From an uncultured Oscillospiraceae bacterium (lineage in GTDB: Bacteria > Bacillota > Clostridia > Oscillospirales > Ruminococcaceae), in the NCBI GenBank assembly GCA_964370765.1, contig CAYJKW010000004.1, positions 2,995-66,994 on the forward strand: a stretch of 64,000 nucleotides of DNA, given 5' to 3'. The notes under the pieces were generated by a model that did no database searches, was not told the origin of the DNA, and saw nothing but the letters and a program-made list of their open reading frames with translations. Positions 37,105-46,545 of this stretch are shown here, one piece after another (position 1 is the first letter of the stretch; every line of letters begins with the position of its first letter). The translations under genes were made by a program, and so were the position numbers.

Positions 37105-38109
37105 CTAACAAATAAACTCACCGCAGATATTTTTTTTCATAAACTCTGATAGTTTTTCACCGCTAAACCCAAGTGTATGTGCAACAACAGCCTTGACATA
37201 TGTCATCTCTGCAGTTAACCCATATACCGATATTGCATTTAATGCATTAGCGCTCTCGTATAAAGGTTTGCCCTCTCTTCTTGGTGTTAATATTACATCC
37301 ACACCGATATTATCACATTGTTTTAAAAATTCAGTGGTAGAGAATGAAGGTTCTGACAACTGTGTGCATGCTGTCTGTGAATGGTAGAGACAGTGAACAA
37401 CAATCTTTACATCATTATTTAGCCTCACTGACGAATAATCTAATCCGACATAAGGTTTAAGCATTATCACACCATTCTTTAGTGTTGGCAGTATATCAAG
37501 GTCAATCGGACTTTTATCAATTTTGTGATTTGGTAAACTATTTCCACAGGTAATATCAGCCATATCATTGCTAAAAAAATCGTCTGTATAGGTATTACAC
37601 TGCTTTAGATGTGCGGCAAGGTGCAGATATATATTATCATCCGAATTTTTGTAAACCACATATGTTCCCGGAGTTATACCGTCACAAACTAGCTCGACCG
37701 ATCGTCTAAAATTAATATTGCCGTTTGCATCATTTGTATCTAGTGGAAGGTTGCTGGACACCAAAAAAACAGGAACATTAACCCCTGAGAGGGCAAGTGA
37801 TAAAAAGCACGCTGTATAAGCAAGTGTATCGGTACCATGTGCGACGATAACACCCTTGTAGTCATCAATGTTAATTTCTTTTAATTTTCTTAATAGCTTG
37901 CTCCAACACTCTATAGTCATATTTTCACTAAGAACCTCCATCACCACCTCTGTCTCAAACTGTTGCTGTGCATGATGCGAGTTTGAGGTTGCAAAATTCT
38001 GAACTAACAGTGTTTTAGCCTTGTTCATATTAACGGATCTATTTAAATTATCAACATCACCGCTTGAACATATAGTCCCACCGGTTAGTAATAAAAGTAT
38101 CTTTTTCAT
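37105..38109 (-). CDS. L-asparaginase/glutaminase family protein (type I-like, divergent C-terminal domain)
   Basis: MKKILLLLTGGTICS (nucleophile Thr motif) and VAHGTDTLAYT (Thr-Asp of the second triad). The start was set at the ATG at 38109 with an AAGGAGAG RBS. Confidence 0.8.
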   Translation of the reverse strand: MKKILLLLTGGTICSSGDVDNLNRSVNMNKAKTLLVQNFATSNSHHAQQQFETEVVMEVLSENMTIECWSKLLRKLKEINIDDYKGVIVAHGTDTLAYTACFLSLALSGVNVPVFLVSSNLPLDTNDANGNINFRRSVELVCDGITPGTYVVYKNSDDNIYLHLAAHLKQCNTYTDDFFSNDMADITCGNSLPNHKIDKSPIDLDILPTLKNGVIMLKPYVGLDYSSVRLNNDVKIVVHCLYHSQTACTQLSEPSFSTTEFLKQCDNIGVDVILTPRREGKPLYESANALNAISVYGLTAEMTYVKAVVAHTLGFSGEKLSEFMKKNICGEFIC

Positions 38110-38194
38110 CAACTCTCTCCTTAGTTTTATTGATAGTATTGACAATACTAATATTATACTATACTATGAAATTAATTATTTATGCAGGAATATT

Positions 38195-39220
38195 ATGAGT
38201 AGTTATGTTTTCTCAAAGGCAAATAGGTTTGAAGATTGCCCTCCGCTTGTGATAGAGTATCTTTCTACACTTGTTTCGGTAAAGGGTCGATCTAAACGCA
38301 CCGTAAACGCCTATTATATTGACCTACGTCTTTTTTTAAGATATATCGTACAAAGTAGATCCGACAGTTTTAGCGGAGAGATCGATAATAAATGTGATAT
38401 AACCCAACTTGATGAAAATTTTTTCGAGGGAATAAAAAAACTTGAGATCCTACGATTTTTAAACTTTCTCGCCTTTGACCGTGACACTGTAGAGTGTAAA
38501 GGCAATGGCCTTAGCGCAACAGCTCGAGCAAGAAAACTATCGGCAATAAAAGGGCTTTACAAATATCTTGTAATCGAAGCCGGACATATAGACACAAATC
38601 CGGCAAAGGATATTGAAACACCAAAGATAAAAAAAACTCTACCAAAACATCTAACGTTAGATGAGAGCAAGCTATTGCTTACAGCAGAGGAAAAACCAGA
38701 TGCACGAGTTTACTGTATGCTTATGCTGTTACTAAACTGCGGAATCAGATTGTCCGAACTGTGTGGAATCAATGTTACCGACATAAAATCAGATCAGATG
38801 CGGGTAGTTGGAAAAGGAGATAAGGAACGCACTGTATATCTAAACAAAGCTTGCATAGTGGCAATCGATAACTATATTGAAGAACGTAAAAAGATTGAAA
38901 ATATTATTGATGATAATGCATTATTTATAAGCCCTAAAACAAGAAAGCGATTAAGCGGCCGACGCATACAACAGATAATCGAAAACTGCTTTAAGCAGGC
39001 TGGTCTTGAAGGGCAAGGCTATTCTGTCCACAAGCTCCGCCATACCGCAGCAACACTACTTTATCGCTATGGCGGTGCAGACATGCTTGCACTTAAAGAA
39101 ATTTTAGGACATGAAAATATCTCGACAACCGAAATTTATACCCATATATCGGATGAACAGCTAAAAAAAGTCGCTGCATCTTCCCCACTTGCCACTTTCG
39201 CACCGCCAAGCAAAACTTAG
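38195..39220 (+). CDS. Tyrosine site-specific recombinase, XerC/XerD-like
   Basis: Catalytic pattern ...GIRLSEL..., HKLRHTAAT, LGHENISTTEIYTH. The start was set at the ATG at 38195 (MSSYVF) with an AGGAA RBS. Confidence 0.85.
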   Translation: MSSYVFSKANRFEDCPPLVIEYLSTLVSVKGRSKRTVNAYYIDLRLFLRYIVQSRSDSFSGEIDNKCDITQLDENFFEGIKKLEILRFLNFLAFDRDTVECKGNGLSATARARKLSAIKGLYKYLVIEAGHIDTNPAKDIETPKIKKTLPKHLTLDESKLLLTAEEKPDARVYCMLMLLLNCGIRLSELCGINVTDIKSDQMRVVGKGDKERTVYLNKACIVAIDNYIEERKKIENIIDDNALFISPKTRKRLSGRRIQQIIENCFKQAGLEGQGYSVHKLRHTAATLLYRYGGADMLALKEILGHENISTTEIYTHISDEQLKKVAASSPLATFAPPSKT

Positions 39221-41103
39221 TCGTCCTCGTCCGCAATCAACTCATCCCACTCGATATATGCAGCGTCGTGCTTTTTGTGTGCATCCTCTATCTGGTTAGA
39301 TATATCAGAAAGCAATTCGTGGTCGGTACATACTTGTGGATCCTGCAACCTTGCCGTAAGCTCCTTTATCAGTAATTCAGTTCTCTCAAGCTCTGCTTCC
39401 ACCTCTTTTAGTCGCTGCCTTGCAGCGGCTCTTTTTTTACGATCCTCCGCCTTATTCTTAACAGGATCCTTACCAACAGGAGCTAGCTCCTGTTGGGCAG
39501 CCGTCTTTACATCCATCCAGTCCAATAATTCCGAAAAATTTTCAAAGCGGTAAAGGTTTTTATTCTTGATATATAAAATGGGGCAGGCAAGCCTTGACAT
39601 CAAATAGCGATCATGAGACACTATTAATAAGGTTCCCTTATATTCACAAAGTGCATTAGTGAGACTTTCCCTTGTAAAAAGATCGAGATGGTTCGTTGGC
39701 TCATCCAACATCAAAAAATTAGATTTTTCCAGAGTCATCTCGGCAAGCCTTAGCCTTGCTGACTCCCCCCCTGAAAGGGTTGAGCAATCGGCAAATACAT
39801 CATCACCTTTAAATAAAAATCGTGCAAGTAGATCTCGGGCCTCCTGATCAGTAAACTTAGGTCTTAATGCCCTTATTGCATCAATAACTCTGCCGCTACG
39901 CAACTGCTGATGTTGCCTAAATATGGACAGTTCACACCCCATACCAAACCTAATAGTTCCGGTAGCTTTATGCTCATGGGCAAGGACTTTAAGCAGTGTA
40001 GATTTTCCGCTTCCGTTCTCCCCTGCAATTATAAACTTTTCATCCTTTAAAACATTAAAACTTGCATCCACTACCAGTTGTTTTTCTCCTGCCGAAATGT
40101 TCAGGTTTTTACAGGTCAAAATGTCTTTATATGGTTCGCTTGTTACATTAAAGCTAAAGCTGAAACGATTTCTCACAACATCTGGTCTTTGTGTTATCGT
40201 TAACTTTGCCAGTTGTTTTTCACGGCTCTTGGCCATCTTTGCGGTGGAGGCACGCACCTTGTTTTTGGCAATATACTCCTCCAACTTTTTAGCAACCTTA
40301 ACATCTGCGTCATGTTGTTTTTGTTGTTGCTCGGCATTGGCTGCCTTTATCTCAAAATAATTTTCAAAGCGACCTTTAAAGGCCTCCATCCTACCTTTTT
40401 CTATCTCCCAGATTATGTTACAGACATTATCTATAAATGCACGATCATGGGTAACCGAAATGACTGCACCTTTAAAACGAGTAAGTTCTTGCTCTAAAAA
40501 GGTAATTGTAGAAAAGTCAAGGTGGTTTGTCGGCTCGTCAAGCAACAGAACATCAGGTGCATTTAAAAGCAGCCGTGCAAGGCGAAGCCTTGTGGCCTCC
40601 CCACCCGATAATATGGAGGTTTTGCGGTCATGGTATTCTTTGCCAAAACCAAATCCGTTTAATATCTTAGCGATATTAAGGTCTGCATTGTAGTAATCAT
40701 ATGCAAGTACAATACGCTCAGCATCATCATGCTTTGTAATAAGTTTATGGTTATCGTGATCATCTACCAGCAGCCGTTCAAGCTTACGCATCTCTTCAAC
40801 CGCATCTTTTGCAGGTCTAAATACAGATTTCATCTCGGATAGGACTGTTCCGCCATCTTCAAAATCATTATGTTGTGAAAGATATCCGATCCTTAGCCCA
40901 GCAGCTATAAAAAGATCTCCGTTATCTTGTTGGTATTCTCCTGCTATTATTTTAAGCAATGTTGTTTTTCCGGCGCCATTACCGCCGATAATGGCAATTC
41001 GATCGCCCGCCGAAATTACTGCCGTTATACCATGCAGTATCTCGTTTGCGCCAAAGCCTTTTTTAATGTTGTTAAGTTGTAGTATCATGTAAATTATGTG
41101 CAT
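39217..41103 (-). CDS. ABC-F family ATPase (two NBDs, no TM domain, C-terminal coiled coil)
   Basis: There are two Walker A sites (GGNGAGKTT, GENGSGKST) and two signature motifs (LSGGEATR, LSGGESAR). A Lys/Arg-rich inter-domain linker is present. An alternative start is at 41088. Confidence 0.9.
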   Translation of the reverse strand: MHIIYMILQLNNIKKGFGANEILHGITAVISAGDRIAIIGGNGAGKTTLLKIIAGEYQQDNGDLFIAAGLRIGYLSQHNDFEDGGTVLSEMKSVFRPAKDAVEEMRKLERLLVDDHDNHKLITKHDDAERIVLAYDYYNADLNIAKILNGFGFGKEYHDRKTSILSGGEATRLRLARLLLNAPDVLLLDEPTNHLDFSTITFLEQELTRFKGAVISVTHDRAFIDNVCNIIWEIEKGRMEAFKGRFENYFEIKAANAEQQQKQHDADVKVAKKLEEYIAKNKVRASTAKMAKSREKQLAKLTITQRPDVVRNRFSFSFNVTSEPYKDILTCKNLNISAGEKQLVVDASFNVLKDEKFIIAGENGSGKSTLLKVLAHEHKATGTIRFGMGCELSIFRQHQQLRSGRVIDAIRALRPKFTDQEARDLLARFLFKGDDVFADCSTLSGGESARLRLAEMTLEKSNFLMLDEPTNHLDLFTRESLTNALCEYKGTLLIVSHDRYLMSRLACPILYIKNKNLYRFENFSELLDWMDVKTAAQQELAPVGKDPVKNKAEDRKKRAAARQRLKEVEAELERTELLIKELTARLQDPQVCTDHELLSDISNQIEDAHKKHDAAYIEWDELIADEDD

Positions 41104-42019
41104 TAAGCCAATCTATCAGCTGTGCAATTACCTCATCTTTATTTATTTCGTTTGTAAGTTCATGTCTTGCCTGTGGGTACAATTTAAGTTGTGTATCGAT
41201 TACACCGGCCTGTTTATAAAGATTATAGGCTTCGGTAACACCAACACCATAAAGACCTACCGGGTCATCCTCGCCACTTATAAAAAGTATAGGCAAATTT
41301 TTTGGTGTTTTGCGAATATTATTTAAAAGATTTGACCTGTAGTTTACAGTAAAAAGTTCGACTAGCGCCGATGTGGTAAACTTAAAGGTACACTTTTTAT
41401 CTGCTACATACCTATCTACAATATCAGTATCACGGGTAAGCCAATCCATCTGGGTTCGCGGTTTCTCTATTCTGTTACAAAAGCTTTTAAACGCAAGATC
41501 GTTAAGCATATCAGAATATCCAAGGGGGCCCTTTATCTTAGTTATAGTGTCGGCTAAATGTATTGCAAACTTTCCGGCAGGGTTTGGGCCTCCGGTGCCA
41601 CTAACAACCAGCCCTGTCGGTAGCTCGTTATAGGTAAAGCAGAACACTCTTGCAAAAAAGCTTCCCATACTATGTCCAAACAAAAAGTACGAAAGACCCT
41701 CATACTCTTTTTTAAACCTATCAAACACAATTTTCATGTCACCAAGCAAAAACTTATAGCTTCCCTTTTCCCCAAAATAACCATCAGATCCCGAATTGTC
41801 AGATGTTTTCCCATGGCCTAGATGATCGTTTCCTACAACAACATATCCTTTATCGCATAGGTTATTGGCAAACGCTTTATATCTATTTATATACTCTGTC
41901 ATTCCATGCGCAATCTGCACAACACCTATGGGCTTTATACCTTTAGGCTCCATCCTATAAACCGCAATGGTATTTTCATTATCGGAAGATGGCATTGAAT
42001 CAATAATAAAATCCTGCAT
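41072..42019 (-). CDS. Alpha/beta hydrolase (lysophospholipase / monoacylglycerol lipase-like)
   Basis: HGMTEY... and the nucleophile elbow GHSMGS. A late Asp/His is present (GEDDPV ... ARHE). Confidence 0.8.
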   Translation of the reverse strand: MQDFIIDSMPSSDNENTIAVYRMEPKGIKPIGVVQIAHGMTEYINRYKAFANNLCDKGYVVVGNDHLGHGKTSDNSGSDGYFGEKGSYKFLLGDMKIVFDRFKKEYEGLSYFLFGHSMGSFFARVFCFTYNELPTGLVVSGTGGPNPAGKFAIHLADTITKIKGPLGYSDMLNDLAFKSFCNRIEKPRTQMDWLTRDTDIVDRYVADKKCTFKFTTSALVELFTVNYRSNLLNNIRKTPKNLPILFISGEDDPVGLYGVGVTEAYNLYKQAGVIDTQLKLYPQARHELTNEINKDEVIAQLIDWLNAHNLHDTTT

Positions 42020-42072
42020 TCTAGCTCCAGTGTATATTATAGTATTTCTACTATCGTATTTTAATTAGCACA

Positions 42073-43320
42073 TTAACCCTCTGTCAATTTATTTTTTACC
42101 ATTTTATCAAACTCATCGAAAATCAAATTGTATTTATCTGTAACCGGTGTGGCTCGTTCTTTTAAAAATTCTTCAATCTCCTTATAGTTATCCTCGACTA
42201 CTGCGACTATACCGGCATCAAGTTTTCCGCCTTCAACCATATCTTTAAAGATTGACAGTGTTTTCTCCCAGCTGTAATGATCTTTATAACTACGTCGCCC
42301 AAGCAGTGCACTGGCAATATCTGCTACTGCCACAATGCGTGAGCTAATCGACAGCTCTTCAGCCTTTAAGCCTCTGGGATAGCCTGTACCATCAAGTTTT
42401 TCATGATGATTAACGGCAATATCTACAGTGTCACTGTCAATCACATCGTACAAAATATTACGTGTTTCGCTGACATGCTCTCTCATTATCTCCATCTGAA
42501 CATCGTTTAATCTTCCATTGTACTCAAGAATCGATGTTGGGGTTGTTATCTTGCCTATATCATGAATCAAAGCTGCTGTATATATTTGAGATAAGCTTCT
42601 ATCGTCAAGTCCCATTTTTTCGCCAATGTATATACTTACCGACGTAGTATTAACCGAATGAAGCATTGTTGCAGGGCTTTTAAAATCAATTGAGTATATC
42701 ATCATCAATAAAAACTCTTCCGCCTGTTTGGTATTCAGCGTAAGTGTCGATAACATACTATCAAGAAAAGCATCAAGCCTATCATTTAAAGTTTCAGCAT
42801 CCTCCTTCAAGACCTGTAAGGCTGCCTCAATATACTCCTTAGTAAATGAGTTGCTTTTTTCGATCAAATAAGATATTTTTTCAAAGGTCATCCCGGTAAT
42901 ATATCCAACATCAATTCTGTCAGCTATATGCAACAGCTTTGCATATTCTGCAACCACAACATCTGTATCATCAGGAATATCGGCGTAGTTGAAATGATGA
43001 TACAATATTGCTTCAGAAAGTGCGCTTAAGGGTGATAAGTGCTTTAAAAATAGATGTCCGTATGCCGAGTGTTCATAAATATTCACGGTTTCGAATTTAA
43101 CCATACTATCGATTTCTTCGGTCTTATATGCTCCAATATCGTGAAACAATGAAAGAAGGTAGATGTTTTGACTATCTAGTTCAATATTACTTAGCTTTTT
43201 TGCAATCTTAGATGCAAAATAAGCAACCCTTGTTCCATGGTCAATCAATCTTATGTCGTTGCATCTTAAAGTTCGTGCACATAGTTTTATGGCATTGTAC
43301 CCATCAATAAGTATTTTCAC
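42073..43320 (-). CDS. HD-GYP domain protein (c-di-GMP phosphodiesterase family) with an extra N-terminal HD-like domain
   Basis: C-terminal IHDIGK ... HHEKLDGTGYPRGL. The N-terminal half has FHDIGAY and LYHHFNY but no GYP. Confidence 0.85.
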   Translation of the reverse strand: MKILIDGYNAIKLCARTLRCNDIRLIDHGTRVAYFASKIAKKLSNIELDSQNIYLLSLFHDIGAYKTEEIDSMVKFETVNIYEHSAYGHLFLKHLSPLSALSEAILYHHFNYADIPDDTDVVVAEYAKLLHIADRIDVGYITGMTFEKISYLIEKSNSFTKEYIEAALQVLKEDAETLNDRLDAFLDSMLSTLTLNTKQAEEFLLMMIYSIDFKSPATMLHSVNTTSVSIYIGEKMGLDDRSLSQIYTAALIHDIGKITTPTSILEYNGRLNDVQMEIMREHVSETRNILYDVIDSDTVDIAVNHHEKLDGTGYPRGLKAEELSISSRIVAVADIASALLGRRSYKDHYSWEKTLSIFKDMVEGGKLDAGIVAVVEDNYKEIEEFLKERATPVTDKYNLIFDEFDKMVKNKLTEG

Positions 43321-43352
43321 TATTTTCCCCTAAAAGTTAATGTAGTCTAGAT

Positions 43353-45728
43353 CTACTTTATTTCTACCACAGTCACCCCATCTTCGCCCTCACCGTATAA
43401 TCCAAGTCGAAACTTTTTTATACTTCTATGAGTTTTAAGATGTTGATGCAATCCTTTTCGTAGTGCTCCTGTTCCCTTTCCGTGCACAAGATAAACCATT
43501 GTCAGACCTGACATTACAGCATTATCTATAAATATATCGGCAAGCATACATGCTTCATCAACATTCTTCCCTATCAACATAAGTTCACTGCTGGCCTTGC
43601 GATCAGCTGTAGAAGTTACTCCCTGCTGCCGCACTCGTCGCAGCTGCTTTTTATCAGGCACTGAGGACCTTGTCGCCTTTGCAAGCCTTGTAAATTGTAC
43701 TGTAGAACGTATGTTGCCGGCAACTATTACCGCAGTTTTTTTCTTTTTGTCGACAGAGAACACAGATACGTTCCTCTGCAGATCAATCGAATAAACGTCA
43801 TCCCCCACATTACAATCAGTTATCGGAGTGATATCCTTATGTTGTTCTTTCTTAGCGATACCTGATAGGCCTTGCTCGGCCTGCCTATGCAACTCTCTTG
43901 CCTTAACTGCCTTTTCGTTGCTACTCATACGCTCTTGTTTTTGCAGTTTTCTTATCTCGTCAGTAAGCTTATGTGCCTCCTCCTCTACAAGAGAAAGGGC
44001 TTTCCTTGCATTCCGCCTTGCCTCTTCCTTTATCTCCTCAGCCTTCTGCCTTGCAAAAAACTGTTCTTTTTTGGCAGATTCTAAGATTGAGGCTGCCTCT
44101 GCTTTTTGACTTTCAATAAAATCATGTTGGTTTTTCATCTCTATCTTTAGATTATCTAGTTCAGCGATAACCTTTTCAAACCTTTTGTTCTCTGCACTTA
44201 GGTGTTTTGTAGCTAGGTCAATCAAATCCTGCTTTAAACCCAACCTTCTGCCTATCAAAAATGCATTTGACCGACCTGGTACTCCTAAGATTATTTTATA
44301 AGTAGGGCGCAAAGTTGCAACATCAAACTCACAACTTGCGTTCTGCACTCCTTGAGTTTCAAGTGCAAATACCTTTAGCTCGGCATAGTGGGTAGTAGCT
44401 ATGGTAGAAGCTCCTGCCTGCATAAGTTCCTCAATAATTGCAGTAGCAAGTGCTGCCCCTTCTGCTGGGTCGGTACCGGAACCAAGTTCATCTAACAGTA
44501 CCAACGAGCTATTGTCTACATTATCGAGGATGTCCTTTATATTAGTAATGTGCGACGAAAAGGTTGACAAGCTTTGCTCAATACTCTGCTCGTCACCTAT
44601 ATCTACAAATATATTATTAAAGCAACACACTACACTGCGTTCTGCTGCCGGTATTAGAAATCCATGCATTGCCATTGTTAACAATAACCCTACTGTTTTA
44701 AGGGTAACGGTTTTACCGCCGGTATTTGGGCCTGTTATGATAAGTGTATTATGATCTTCGATACCAAGCCCTATATCTATAGGCACAACAACATCTTTTG
44801 CTATAAGTGGATGTCTAGCATTTACAAGAGAAAAGGATCTATCGTTTGATATGGCCGGCATGACAGCAAGCTGATTAATTGCAAGCCTTGCCTTTGCAAT
44901 CATTACATCAAGTGCAACCATCGCATCGTAGCCCTTATAAAGCCTGTCAGACAAGGAGGCTACAACGCCGGTAAGGTCGATTAAAATTCGTTCAATCTCC
45001 CTCTGCTCTTCATTTTTAAGCTGCAATATCTTGGCATTTGCCTCCACTACTGCTGCCGGCTCGACAAATATAGTGGAGCCTGATGCCGAAACATCATGAA
45101 TTACACCGCCAAAATCCCCTTTATGCTCCGCCTTAATAGGAACAACATATCTGCCATTTCGCATTGCAACAACATTGTCTTGCAAAAACTTGCCGTTATC
45201 CTGTGATTTGATTGTTTGCTCTAACTTGTTTCTAATAGATGCCTCGGTATTTGCAATGTCTCGCCTTATTCTAAACAGTTCGTTACTTGCCTTATCCGAC
45301 ATCTCGGTTTCGGATATAATAGAGTTTGATAATATTTCGGCAAAATCTTTGTTTTGATATAAAAGGAAAAAATCCTCTTCTAATACTTCGTTAAAGTTCT
45401 CTACACTATCTCTGAATCTCAATAGCCGATAACCATTATTCAACAAACTTAGCACCTTAAGAAGCTCTCCCATGCTAAGCATACCGGAAAGTTCGGCCCT
45501 TTTTATCACAGAGGGCATATCGTCATCTACCGTATAAAGAGATGGTGCTCCCTGCCCCTGACACATAACAGTGATGGCATCTACCTTTGCTAAGCGATAC
45601 CTTATATCCTCGGCATCGACAGATGCTTCGCATTGAAGTATTGCCTGTTTTGCAGCAGGACAGACTGCAAGTTCTGCTGCTTTATCTAATATTATATCAA
45701 ATTCTAAAAGTTTTAAATTTTTATTCAT
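43353..45728 (-). CDS. mutS2: Endonuclease MutS2 (MutS ATPase + C-terminal Smr domain)
   Basis: Walker A ITGPNTGGKT, LLDELGSGTDP and a C-terminal Smr (LVHGKGTGALR). 791 aa. Confidence 0.95.
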   Translation of the reverse strand: MNKNLKLLEFDIILDKAAELAVCPAAKQAILQCEASVDAEDIRYRLAKVDAITVMCQGQGAPSLYTVDDDMPSVIKRAELSGMLSMGELLKVLSLLNNGYRLLRFRDSVENFNEVLEEDFFLLYQNKDFAEILSNSIISETEMSDKASNELFRIRRDIANTEASIRNKLEQTIKSQDNGKFLQDNVVAMRNGRYVVPIKAEHKGDFGGVIHDVSASGSTIFVEPAAVVEANAKILQLKNEEQREIERILIDLTGVVASLSDRLYKGYDAMVALDVMIAKARLAINQLAVMPAISNDRSFSLVNARHPLIAKDVVVPIDIGLGIEDHNTLIITGPNTGGKTVTLKTVGLLLTMAMHGFLIPAAERSVVCCFNNIFVDIGDEQSIEQSLSTFSSHITNIKDILDNVDNSSLVLLDELGSGTDPAEGAALATAIIEELMQAGASTIATTHYAELKVFALETQGVQNASCEFDVATLRPTYKIILGVPGRSNAFLIGRRLGLKQDLIDLATKHLSAENKRFEKVIAELDNLKIEMKNQHDFIESQKAEAASILESAKKEQFFARQKAEEIKEEARRNARKALSLVEEEAHKLTDEIRKLQKQERMSSNEKAVKARELHRQAEQGLSGIAKKEQHKDITPITDCNVGDDVYSIDLQRNVSVFSVDKKKKTAVIVAGNIRSTVQFTRLAKATRSSVPDKKQLRRVRQQGVTSTADRKASSELMLIGKNVDEACMLADIFIDNAVMSGLTMVYLVHGKGTGALRKGLHQHLKTHRSIKKFRLGLYGEGEDGVTVVEIK

Positions 45729-46545
45729 CTTCCTTTACTTCTATAATAGGTTGCTGTTCCTTTGAAAGTTTATAGTAAAAATTAAGTGACTGCGGCTTTT
45801 TATCCAGGTGCCAAAACGTAAATTTTTCTACCTGTTTTACAAGGCCTTTCTGTTTTAGTTTCTTGTGCTCAAAGGAGAATATATGCTTTAAATCTGAAAA
45901 AACAATATGCCTCATTGCGGCTAAGTCGGCCGATGTAATGTTACATTCTATCTTATTATACTGTGCGCACTCGTTGCAAAGTATCTTACCTGATTTATAG
46001 TCAAAATTGTGCGGTGATTCCTTATATTCACAGCAACAGCTACAGGCAACAAGCATCGGCATAAATCCATGGCCGGCCATTGTTCTTAACTCAAAAATAA
46101 CCTTGTATATGTCAAGGTCACGTTGCTTTTTCCCAATAAGATGCAATGTATTTAAAAAAAACGGAAGATGCTGCACTGCCTCCTCCGGGCTTGGCCTTAC
46201 TATACGTATAAGCTCAGCAAGGTATAGAGCTAATGCAACCCCTTCCATAGAGGCGGTGAGTGAAAAAAACGAGTGTAGTGTCTCCGCCTCTTTCACGGTG
46301 AAAACACCCTTACGCTCCGCTATTGTAAACTCACAGTAATGCAGAATCGATAATCCGGAAAAAAGCGCGTTTTTCGTACCTTTGGCATTTCGTGCAAAAC
46401 ACTCTATCACCCCTTTTTTCTCTGTGTAAAGTGTAAGTATACGCTCTGCCTTAACCGTCTCTTTTTCGGATATTACTATACCTTTTGTAACAATATTGGA
46501 TAGATTAACGGTCTGTTCTAAAGCCAAAGTTTTTAAGCTGTACAT
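45721..46545 (-). CDS. recO: DNA repair protein RecO
   Basis: N-terminal OB pattern (KGIVISEKETVKAERILTLYTEKKG) and a zinc finger CSCC...CNEC. It sits in era-recO synteny. The start is uncertain (ATG 46545 or TTG 46527), and both overlap the era 3' end. Confidence 0.8.
   Translation of the reverse strand: MYSLKTLALEQTVNLSNIVTKGIVISEKETVKAERILTLYTEKKGVIECFARNAKGTKNALFSGLSILHYCEFTIAERKGVFTVKEAETLHSFFSLTASMEGVALALYLAELIRIVRPSPEEAVQHLPFFLNTLHLIGKKQRDLDIYKVIFELRTMAGHGFMPMLVACSCCCEYKESPHNFDYKSGKILCNECAQYNKIECNITSADLAAMRHIVFSDLKHIFSFEHKKLKQKGLVKQVEKFTFWHLDKKPQSLNFYYKLSKEQQPIIEVKEDE

Noticed and set aside
38021-38194. N-terminal extension of the recombinase ORF that would overlap the asparaginase-like gene start on the other strand.
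   Set aside because: The extension has no recombinase-like sequence. A good RBS (AGGAA) precedes the internal ATG at 38195, where the homologous region begins.
38195-39220. Tyrosine recombinase as a marker of an integrated mobile element or island boundary.
   Set aside because: No flanking direct repeats, tRNA target, excisionase, phage or conjugation genes are visible. The sequence pattern is XerC/XerD-like and the neighbours are ordinary chromosomal genes.
39217-41103. ABC-F protein as an antibiotic-resistance (ribosome protection) determinant.
   Set aside because: The linker length and sequence do not let me separate ARE-type ABC-F proteins from housekeeping Uup/EttA-like ones by eye. 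No resistance context is present.
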